The notes beneath the pieces are model-generated. The model did not search any database, was not told the origin of the DNA, and was given only the letters and a program-made list of their open reading frames with translations. Below, in pieces: positions 1 to 11,200 of a stretch of DNA of 47,732 bases. The stretch spans positions 1 to 47,732 of the forward strand of contig CAMDSZ010000001.1 of assembly GCA_945906945.1 (NCBI GenBank). The letters are read 5' to 3'. The translations under genes and the position numbers were made by a program. Position 1 is the stretch's first letter; the number at the start of each line of letters is the position of its first letter. Source of the stretch: Akkermansia muciniphila. Lineage in GTDB: Bacteria; Verrucomicrobiota; Verrucomicrobiia; Chthoniobacterales; Chthoniobacteraceae.

Positions 1-1
1 A

Positions 2-3000
2 ATGACCAACCAGTCCACGATTCTCGCAGTGGGCACCACCTATGGCATTTCAGCCGGGATGCGCCTGATTGGCACCGGGCTGCCTGACCCGGTGGAAGTG
101 AGTGCAGTCTCCAGCGACGGCCGCAGCATCACGCTCACAGGCTCGATCAATGTGGGGACATTGTTTGGGGAATCGGTGTCGACGATTGGAGCGCCTTCGC
201 TGTCAGCGTTCGTTGTGCCAAACAGTGGCTCTGTCACCGCACAGACGGGCTCTTTGGAGGCGTTGCCCGATTACAATCCGAGCGGGGATGACAGCGAAAA
301 CTACGCGATCAAGCCGATACGCCAGGTGTTGCGGATCCGAGCCGACCCTGACAATTCGCTCATTTCTGGAAGCATTGTTTCAGTGGGAACCATTGGATTT
401 AGAAATTACCCGATAACTATGGCAAAGACCCTGATGGCGGGGACTTTTACGGTTGAGGTGCGTGAAAGTTCTCCGGCGGTGCGTGCGAGCGGAATTTCGA
501 ACGACCAAAAATGGTGGGGTGTGCGCGGAGTGCGTCCGGGGATGCGGGTGATAAACAAGAATCTGCCGCCGGGTTGCTATGTTTATTCGGTGGATGATGA
601 TTCGCGGGTGGTGAATGGAACCCTGTCCTACGGGCGCTTCACGGTGGCAATTCCAGTGGTGAATCGCGACGTTCCCAACACGGTTGTTTCAGGTTGGTCG
701 GGCGCAACCTCAGGCACGGTGAACATCACTGCCGGAGGTGGGAATGGATGGAGCGAAGGGATGGACCTCTCAGGTCCCGGAGTGCCTGCTGACACAAAAA
801 TTCAGGCGATCTTTTATCCTGGCACGATCAGCACCATCTTGTTGTCGAAGTCAGCGACTGTCGTGGCTGGAGCAACATTGACCGCATCCGGGCAGGGGTT
901 CACCGGCGATGTAACCAAAGTTTTCTCAGAGGCCAGATATTTGTACTACGCGCTTACTGGCATTGCTCCGTCCGCCGGAAAAATTTCACTCGTTGGCTCT
1001 GGTACGGTTCAGCTCAGCACACCCATCCCGCTGGACGGGCCTTTGGCATTTTTGCCGGATTCACCAACCGACTTGTATTCGGTGGGGATCCTCAACGGTG
1101 GCTATTTCACGTACAACGATTTCAATTATTTAAAACTTGCGATTCCAGCAAACAGCAACGGGACGGTTGACGACTACGGATTCAATTTCATTTTGTCCGG
1201 GGCCAATACTGCTTCGTTTAACGGGGGTACAATCGCCACGACTGCCGTCAGTTTTTCGAAGAAAAATGGTGGCAATAATTTCTACCAGGGCGGGGGAAAC
1301 AATGCCTTCGGCACTGTAGGAAATACGGCGGTTCTCACTGCGATTCCGGCGTTGCCTTTGAGGACCTGCAGTTTTGTCAACGGCTCCAAGATTGTCCGAA
1401 CATGGAGCACCAAGAGTCTGCTGCCGGGGATGTTCGTCCACCACAGGAATCTCCCTGACAGAGCATATGTGAAGCGAATTATCGATGATCAAACATTCGA
1501 AATATCGTCATACACTGGTGGGGCGACTGGTGGCATTCAGAATGATGATGTGGTTATCAATAACACCGTGGTTCCGAGTCGAGTTCTCGGGGTGCGTTCC
1601 TGGGGGTTGGTGACCACTCCGGTGGCTGCTTCTGGAACGGTGAATTTGAAGCTCAACGATGTGAGCGGGTTGAGTTATGGAACAAGGCTCTTGGGTGCAA
1701 ATTTATCTTCCGGCACCGCGGGCGTGGCAGTGATCACCGGTGTGGATAAGTTCAACTCTTCGGTCACAATCAGCAGCGGGAATACATTCGTCGCGGGGGT
1801 CTCTTTGGTCGCGGTACCAGAATTCGTAGGACCCAATAACATTAACACGTGGAACTTGTATAACTCGCCCATCACTCGTGCTGACGGACAGCCTGTGATA
1901 CTCAATGGCACGGCCTCCAGCTTGAACCCCGCGACGACCTTTCAGGCTGATTTAGGCTTTCTGGCCGTGCCCGGAAATCCGGGGCGTCTGCCCAGTGGCG
2001 CTCGGCTGTTTCCGGACGGAATGGTGGTTGTAGGAACCACCGGAGTTTTTCAGAATTTTGGGGCTGGCGTTGTGCCGGTTAGACAGCAGGTGGTGCTTAG
2101 TGGAACGCTTACAGACACTGGTGCGTTCCCTGCGTGGAGTGGCGCGGTCAGCTTTGTTCCGGGAGTGGACTTGGCGGCGGCAGCGACGGTTGAAGGCGGT
2201 TCAATGGTCACCGTGGGAACCCTGCCAACCGAACGGATCGCAGTCGGCATGCGAGTCTTTGGCCCTGGAATTCCGGAACTCGCTCGAGTGCGCTCGGTGT
2301 TGTCGGGGGGCACCGGCTTTACGATCGGCACGGGAACGCTCGACTTGACCTATGCGGGTAGCAGCACCTCAACCGGAAGCCTCACAGGCGGCTCAGTATC
2401 GCTTGGCACCCTTACAACCGCAACGACGGGAACGGTGATGTCGGTTGGTACAGCCGTAGTCATCGTGCCGAATGGAACGCTGGTCGCTGGCAGTCCGAAT
2501 GTTATCTGCGGAACCGTCGCCGGGCTTGCTCCTGGAATGATCCTTACCGGGTCATCCACCAGTGGAAGTGTTTCGCGCATCACCTACGCGGGCAGAGGGT
2601 ATTCACAGATCGCCTCTATTTCAAATGGCACGCTGTTTACCCTCACTGAGAACGCGAACCAGTCCTCCGCAGGGCCAATGAATTTGGTGGCTGCGTATCA
2701 GAGTTTTCCGAAAGAGTATGGAATGTTCATCACCGGCGCCGGTGTGATCGGCAACGGCCAGGTGTCCATTGGCAATCTTTCCGCAGTCAGTGGAAATGCG
2801 TCATCCTGGCGGTCAGGCTTGCAGCGAGGGATGGTGATTCATGCGCCCGGCCTCTCTCCGCTGGGTGCACACATTCTCCAAGTCAACCCAACAGACATCA
2901 TCGTGTCGACTTGGACTGCCGGAACCTATTCTTTGGGTTCTTTCGCAACCTTGTCTTCCGTTGGACCCACTGGAACGCTCTTGACTTCCAGCCCGTCCCT

Positions 3001-6000
3001 CACGGGTACGGGCACGATTACCATGGCAACAGCGACGGGCATTGTCCCGGGCATGGCGGTCACCGGAACGGGCCTCCCTACGGGCCGCTCGGTTTCCTCT
3101 GTATCAGGCACGGTCGTGACGCTTTCGGGCACGGTCAGTGGCGTTGTCTCCGGGGCTACCATTACGTTTAGCAGTTTTTACTCCTTAAATCCTTCGGCTT
3201 TGAACGCCCCGATTTATTTCAGTGCAACTCCATCTCTGGCGGGCGGCACAGGATTCACAAACAACATCTCCGTCGGTACTGCATCAGGGGTTAACGGGTA
3301 TTGGCTCTCAGGCGGCACGGCTTTGGCCAGCTCCAATCAGATCACGGTAACGTCGGCTCCCTCTTACTTGAAGCCGGGAATGACATTGTATCATCCATTC
3401 CTGAACTCTGGGAGCTTGGTGGAGTCGCAGCGAGGATGGGCCCGGGTAGCAGACGTTTCCGGGGGAGTGGTGACCATTGTTGGGAGTCTCGGGAGCGCGG
3501 TCAGCTCCGGCACCTTTGGAATAGCCGGTTACCTGCCGATGATGCTTTCCCCAGGCAGCCTTTCCGTGGACGGTACGCAGCTTACTTTCTCGGGTTCGAG
3601 CAATCTCTCCGCAGGCATGCTAGTGCATGGAGGAACAGTGAACGGGGGCGGCGCTTATGGCAGCATTTCAGGTGGAGGGAGTTTCACGGGATTTATCCCT
3701 GTGGTCCCTCCCGGTACATTCGTCAGGAATGTAAGCACCGACGGCAGAACGGTCACTTTGAACGGCACGTTAAACACCATTGCCGCTGGAAGCTTGGACG
3801 CAGGTAGCCTCATTTTTTCAACCCTGCCGGGTCAGATTATTCCCGCGGTTTCAACGCGTCCACACTCGAAGCGGCTCTTTGTGCAATCTGGTTCGATCGC
3901 GCAGTCCGGGTATCCCCTAACCGCAAGGCTGGCATGGTGGAGGGATAGCAACATCACGTTGGTCACCGCCGAGGCCCTTGCGAACAACAACACTGAGATT
4001 ATTCTCAACATTACAAATCAGCCCAATAATATCCCGTTCCCGAGCATCTCGGAGGGGGCGCCGATTGTCATCACCCCGCCGTTTGTGACCATGAACGCCA
4101 GGGGTAAAGCGGGATCCAATGTTGTTTCGCTTGAAGGCGGGACTAATGCATTAGTCAACATCCGGGCGCAGGGGGAAGATCTCAAAGTGGGTATGCCGAT
4201 TTTTGGTTACGGGGTACAAAGAGGGACCTTCATTGAATTCATCAACGAGTACACCAACCCAGTAACCGTAGAGCTGTCTCAAGCGCTTGGGCTGGACATC
4301 CCGGTGACTGTTTATGATGCCGATGGAAGCGGCGCTGTGGACGCCCTCGACGAGCCGCTTTCGTACGAGACGCTCGTGGTGAACACGTCCATTGTGTCCT
4401 CCATTTTAAATAAGTCCACCGCTTCGCAGACAGAAATCCAAGTCTTCGATAACTCGGGGTATTTCCCAGGAATGCCTCTGGTTAACAGCTTGGGAAATTT
4501 GACGGCCTTAGGCTTGAATGTGATCGCGAAAATTCCGACGGGGGCCAGGGTGGTATCGAAGCGAGACAGCACCTTCCTTACGCTGAACACCCCTCTGGTA
4601 GGGACCACCAACTACACCACCGTCCCGTACGCAGCTTACACAAATGCCACCACTGCGGAAGCCGCCAACGGTGCGGTTGTGTACGCCACAGCTCCCTACA
4701 TACGCCTCAGAGGAAGGAGCGCCACCCGAACTGCAGCTCAGGGTGGTGGTAGCTCGGTCACCACCATTCCCGGTTCCTCGATTGTGGATTTTGATTCGAG
4801 TTTTATTCAAATGGACCCGAGCTGGGCAGGGATGGCAGTTTACGGTGCGGGCATCCCCCCGGGGGCGAACGTCGAGTCCGTGATTGCGAGCAATCAGTTC
4901 ACTCTAAGCCAGCCAGCTGCACCCACGAGCCTTGTGCCGCAGCAGGCCGCTGCGCCGATTATCTTGGATCCCACCCGAGTCGTGGTTTCCCAGTTTTATG
5001 GGGACAAGAGTTCGCTGGCCCAGCTGACTTTGAATGCGGGTGATTCGGTCCTTTCTGCGCTCCAGAAAAACATGATCCTCGACAGCCCGACCCCGAGCTT
5101 TGGAGGCGCGCAAATTGGAAACGGGCTTCCCAACCTCACCTACCTGACGGGCGGCGCGAGCTTGAGTTCGCGCACCGTTGGAATCAGCGGAACACTCACT
5201 TCCGTTTTTTCTGGGATCAACGTGCGTGCGTTCTACGCCCCGATCCCAATCGGTGTTTCTGCCCAGACCTCGGAGAACAGCTTTACTGTCTCGGGGAACC
5301 TTACCGCACTGTACGAGGGAATGGCTCTGCTCGGGGGGAGTATCGCTACTACTTCGAGCTCAAATGTGCGGCTCAGGACAATCGATCAGGGCAATTCTGA
5401 AATTACGTTTGCGCCATTTTTACGTGTGGGAACGATGGAGGCGACGCCTTCATCACACCCCGAATTGTCAGGTATGCTGAGCAGCCCAATTATCACGCCC
5501 GGCCGACTGTGGTTTGTGAATCCGACGACGGTATTGTTTAAATCTGTGGGATTCACGGAGGGAGGCACGATTGCGGTGAGCGGAAGCGTGCCGAGTTTCG
5601 ACGATGTGAATTCAGTGATCCGCGAGCCTATCACCACTAATCTCTATGGCGGCACGAAAATTAAAAGTCTGCTGACGCCTGTCACTAATTTTGAGTTGAG
5701 CATGCCGGCGCGAGCAACCTCGGGTGGGGTTAGATTGCTGGTGAATCTGGCTGGGGACCGTGCGAATCCGGCAGCCTCGGTGTCGGCTGGAAGCCGCAAC
5801 AGGTCATTCATCCAGATTCCTCGAGCTAGCACCACGGCTGGAAGTTCGGTAGTGCAGTTTGCAGCGGCGATTAAGGCGTTGTATTTGGATTCTACAGCCA
5901 ACGGGTACTCGATAGTGGGCCAGCCCATTTACGGTACGGGAATACCAGCGGACGCGTTTGTTCAGTCCGTGGCGATGGACGGGCTTTCGCTCACGCTCAG

Positions 6001-8290
6001 CAAGGCGGCTGAGGCCGATTCGAGTGAGCAGATTATTGTGGTGAATCCCAACTATGTCATTCCTCTTGAGGGTGCGTTTGCCGCTGCGAATTCGCTGGAA
6101 GCCCAAGTGGAATCGATTGGGGCGGGCAGCGCACTGACCCCGGGGCTGTCCATTTCGGGATTGAACCTGTCCAGCGATACAACGTTGATCAGCTTCACAA
6201 ATACTGCGGAAGGGACGAAGTTAAATTTGAGCGGCCGAACCCTTGGGTACCCCTCATCGCAACTGCCCGGTTTGGGAAATTTTGTTGCGACGGTCCCTTT
6301 TGTGACATTGAAAGACGCCGTGGTGACCGCGAATTCAAACACGATCACCGTGGGGGATTACCAAGAGCCCCCCGGATCGGTGAATACATACCCACAGACA
6401 TCAGGTTTGCGGGTGGGAATGACGGTGATGGGGAGTGGATTGCCGTATGGAACCCAGATCACCGGGGTGATTAGCGGGACGTTGACGCTTTCGCAGTCAG
6501 CGACCAGGACGGGTACCTACACTTTGATTGTAAATCCAGAAGTGCTCTCGGCTCCAGGTTTGCAGCTGACGGCGGGCGGATCATTGGTGAGTCTCAGCGG
6601 ATCGGGGCTTGGAGCCGATACACCGCCCGCGGAGATCATTGCAGGAAGTCTTTCCTCAGACCTTGCCGAGCCGTTCGGTCCCTACGGGCTCGCCAACCAG
6701 TGGCAGAAGCTCGCCTCCTGGGGCAGGGCTCTTGGCGCCCCAGCAATTCCTCACGGAACGGTTTTTTTATCACCTTATTTCATTAACTTTGGGTCCCTCG
6801 GTGGGATCCAAGCCAGTGATAGAGCTTCAGTGCTAGCCGGTGGGTATTTTGATTTGACCAGCGCCAATGGAAACGGTGGCGATACACTGGGCGCCGCTTC
6901 CTTTACCATGAACCAGCGTGCCACAGCGTCGACGAGTTTAGCAGACTTTTATCTGACTTACGGAAGAAGCAGGCTAATTCTGACGGGTACAATACTAAGC
7001 GGCTCATCTGCCTTGAGTGTTTCAACGGTGGACGGTCTGCAGCTGGGACTTCAAGTGGACGGGGCGGGGATCCCGAGCGGGACCCGGATCGTTGAAATTG
7101 ATAGCATCAACAATCGATTGGTTTTGTCGGCTTTGGCGACGGCGACGACTAACGGAGCGTTCAGCTTTTCGAAAACTGGCGCTCTTGTCTCATCGGATTC
7201 TGGGGTGTTTTTGAACAATACGGTGGTGAGCAGCTTGGACTCGAGTGCTATTCAGCCGGGACAAACTGTATCTCTGGCAAGCGGCTCGCTGTTGATTATT
7301 CGAAACATAGTAGACCCCGTCAGTGGCGGGAGCGTGGCTGTGCCGAGTTACAACAACACCCCGTTTATGACGAGTCTGTTGGGGAATGCTGGTCCACGGG
7401 TGCGCTCCGTATCGTCAAACGGATCACTTGTGTTTGAAACAAATACAACTCCGGGCTTGGTGCTCACGGCAGGCACCTCCATCAGCAGCAGCACCGTCTC
7501 GACAACGTTCACCGTAGCAAGCAACCTGATGTTCAATATCAATGGGAACGTTTTTGGACCGTACACCATGGTGGCGGGCTCCACTATTGCAACGCGGGCT
7601 GCGGCTAGTTACCTGGCGCTGAGTCAGCCAGCGCAAAAAAGCTCCAAGTCGGTTCGAGTTTTGTTGGATGGAAAGCCTTACGGGCCTGTGGAAGTCATCA
7701 AAGGTTCACAGGCTCTCCTTTGGCGAGGTGCCGATTTTGTAAGGGCAGGCATGCCGGTGAAAGGCCCCGGCATTCTGCAGGGCACCACCATCCTGCAAGT
7801 GAGCCCGCCTCTGAGTAATGGGTCGCTCACGCTTACATTGAGCGCGCCAGCAACAAGTGAGTTGGCGGCGAATAGCAAATTTGATCTGGAGGTTGGCGGT
7901 GGGGTTAACAGCGGAATCGTGGAACTCAATGACTGGCAGTACAAGACCAATACCGAAAACCTGTCTGTGGAGCCCGGCTGGTTGCTATACCGCAGTAACG
8001 ACCCTTGGGCGGCAAACTGGTACCCTGGTTTTGGGAGAGGTGCTGGCGGCAGCAAGTTTGAGTTGGTCGATTATCTGCTTTTAGGGAAGATCACTTGGGT
8101 CGCTGGCAATGGGGTCTTTGGATTTGAGCCGATTCCCGATCCCCGGAACCGGGTGGCGTTCGACTCGCAGAGCCAGTACCTCATGGATCGGCTAAGTTTT
8201 GAAGCGACGACAGACGTGGCGCTCTCTTCCGGACGCCAAGGCTTTATTGACCAGTCGCTATCGGATTTTTACATGCTGGGACAGACCCCC
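2..8290 (+). repeat. N-terminal ~2,760-aa region: roughly 20-24 degenerate copies of a ~45-55-aa 'GM-box' mini-domain separated by variable G/S/T/V-rich spacers (75-215 aa period)
   Basis: Recurrent motif, approximately GS..[IV].[VL]-x(4-10)-[LI]..GM.[VIL].G.G[IL]P.GT.[IV]..[VI]-x(4-8)-[LIV]TLS..A. Clear copies: IVPGMAVTGTGLPTGRSVSSVSGTVVTLSGTV (3041..3136); SWAGMAVYGAGIPPGANVESVIASNQFTLSQPA (4820..4918); LRVGMTVMGSGLPYGTQITGVISGTLTLSQSA (6407..6502); VRAGMPVKGPGILQGTTILQV...LTLTLSAPA (7739..7852). The very first residues are also a copy: GISAGMRLIGTGLPDPVEVSAVSSDGRSITLTG (~41..139). Copy count is by eye. Confidence 0.6.
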
Positions 8291-11200
8291 GACTTCTTTG
8301 TAGAAGCTGGCAATGCCAGGAGTATTAGGTGGTACAAAGACGGGGAACTGCTTAATCAAGCCGCGGGGAGTTCCAGAGTACAGGTGAGGGTGTCTAACTA
8401 CACCGAGGGCTTTAGCCCTTCTGTAGCCAGAACTGCAACTTCTGACTTCTGGCAACGCTCGCAACTCTCGTTGAGTGCTTTGACCCTCAGCAGTCCCGGC
8501 TTTTATTATGCAAACGGGGTTTCTTCCAACGCTGGGTCCTACTCATTGTCGGATTTGATCCAGGTGAGCATTCCAGATCCGCAGCCTCTGATCGTAAAGC
8601 AGCCCGTATCAAAAGTGGTGCAGCGCGCAGGCACCCAAGTGACCCTGGAGGTTGATCTCAAATGCAACAGCAAGGCGCTGCTAGACACACCGAGGGGGCT
8701 AGCGGTTGCGCCAGACGGAGATTTCTACGTGGTGGAGTCGGGAAATAATTCGCTGCGGAAGGCAACGCTAGGGGGCTTTGTCAACACCATGATCGGATCC
8801 AAGAAAGCGATTCTTGACCCGAACGCCGACGGTGTATCGCGTGATTCGATTTGGGGAATGGCGTCTGGCATCGCTGTGAGGGTGGGCAGCCTTATGATTT
8901 CAGATAAGCTTCTGATTCTCCCATCAGGAACAGCCGGACTCACCGCTGGGATGAAAGTGCTCAGCTCCTCAATCAATGATCGGATTCTGCTGAGCAACTC
9001 GGCAGGCATCACCATTAGCGGTTTTGCGGGTGCAAACACGGTGATTCTTTCAGGCGCACCCGCAGGTGATTCTCCCAGCCACTCCATCATTTTCATCCGC
9101 CCCGAGGCTGAACTCCCAGCGAGTACGAACGAGGTAGTCTACCGGAGGGCAATCTCCAGCTACTCTTCCTTCGGTGTCACCTTGCCAAGCGGAGTTCAAA
9201 ACATTGTGCCCGGAATGCTGGTCTGCGGTTACGGAGTGCCTGACTTCACGACGGTGACAGCCGTCGAAGCCAAGAGCAACTCCGTCACCTTGTCGGGGTG
9301 GATAAGGCATGAAGGACTTGAGGCGAACAACCTATTGGTTTTTGTGCGACCACTGAATCAGCCCGAAGCGATCGCAAGTGACGAAGTCGGGGCCCTCTAC
9401 ATCGCAGACACGGGGAACAATCGGATCTTGAGGTTTTACCCCAAAACGGTTCAGGACAAATCAAGAGGATTTGATCCTGCTGTCCCTGCGGGAACAGTCG
9501 AGGTTTTGACTCCGGCGTCGGGGCCGCAGCTCTCTGCGCCTCGTGGGATCACGGTTGTTGGCTACGGGCCGGAGGCAGTCGTTTACGTGGCCAACTCTTC
9601 TCAAAACACTGTGCTGAAAATCGCGCGAAGTGGGGCATCGTGGGTGAGCACAACGCTCGCCGGTAAACCGGGAGTTTCGGGTTACGCAGATGGGGTGGCA
9701 ACGAGCGCGACATTCAATGGGCTACGTGATGTCGCGTACTACAACGAGTCGGTTTACGTCGCGGACTATCTCAATCACACAATTCGGCGGATTTCATTGG
9801 GTCAAACTCCCGAGGTCACGACGGTGGCGGGTGCGCCGGGACAGGCGGGTCTGATCGATGGCAGTGGAAGCGCCGCGAAACTATATTTCCCGGCAGGTTT
9901 GGCGGTGAATAAGGTGGACGGGAGTCTAACCGTCTCGGACTTGGGCAATCATGCGATTCGAAAACTCAACGCCAATGGTTCGTTGGTGACGATAGCAGGG
10001 AAGATCTTCAACGGAATTCCGGCCTTTGGGAAAGAAGACGGACTCGGCACCTCTGCGGGTTTCTGGTACCCCAAAGGCATCGCGATCGACAAGACGGGAG
10101 TGATCCGCATCGCAGACACCTCGAACCATCTGATCCGATCCATTACACCAGATGCAGCGGTTAGCACGGTGGCGGGCGTGGCCAAGTTCCCTTTCTTTAG
10201 AGATAGCGATAAGGATTGGGCAAAGCCTGTTGCCTATGTCCCAACAGAATTCATGGTGCAATGGTATAAGGACGGGGCCAAAATTACAGACGGCATTACG
10301 CCAAACGGCTCCGTGTTCGCTGGAACCAAGACCCGAATCCTCACGATCGACCAAGTCACTGAGCAGGACTCTGGAGCTTACGCGGCTCTTTTTGAGTCTG
10401 TGACTCGCGTCCCCGTTGAGACGAACGTCACCCAAGTGGTGGTTGGTGGAAATTTGGCGCCGGATTACGTCGGAGAATTCACGGTCACACCCGGAACCTT
10501 GGGTGCGATGAAAATGAATTTCCGTGATATTTTGCCTCCAACTCCGAGCGAGGCTTTCGTGCTCAATCAAATTCGGTGGGACGAGACATTCGAATCCGAA
10601 AAACCGTTCTGGTTGGATTTGGTTTCCAGCACGTTGCCGTCAGAACTGGACGGCAAAAAGGTGACGTTGAGCGCCGCCGGCGTCAACCACTCCATGGTCC
10701 TCACGGAGGATGGAAAATTATACGCGTGGGGCGCCAACAGTTACGGTCAGCTGGGGGTGGGGGATCGCAGTGCGCGGTTTACTCCGGTCCCTGTGTATAT
10801 GGGCGGGGTGTTGAGCGGAAAGACGATTACAAAGATCGCACTGGGCGAACATCACAGCTTTGTGCTGGATAAGGACGGGGCGCTCTACAGTTGGGGACGG
10901 AATGATTTTGGTCAGCTTGGGATTGGGTCAGTTTCGGATGCAAAAGTTTACCCAGAAAAGGCACTCTTGACCGGGTGGACAGCGATTGCCAGCGGGTATC
11001 AGCACGCCCTGGCGGTGAACTTCCGTGGGGAGCTGTACACATGGGGCTTGGACCATCACTCCCAGCTTGGACGACTCAACCGTCCGGCCACTCGCACGGT
11101 GACGTTTTCCAACGTTTCCCTCGCGGCCTTAAGCCAGACAGTCGGGCTAGGCAACAGCACTGGCTTGATTGCGGGCAGCACGCTTACCTTTGCGGCAGGT

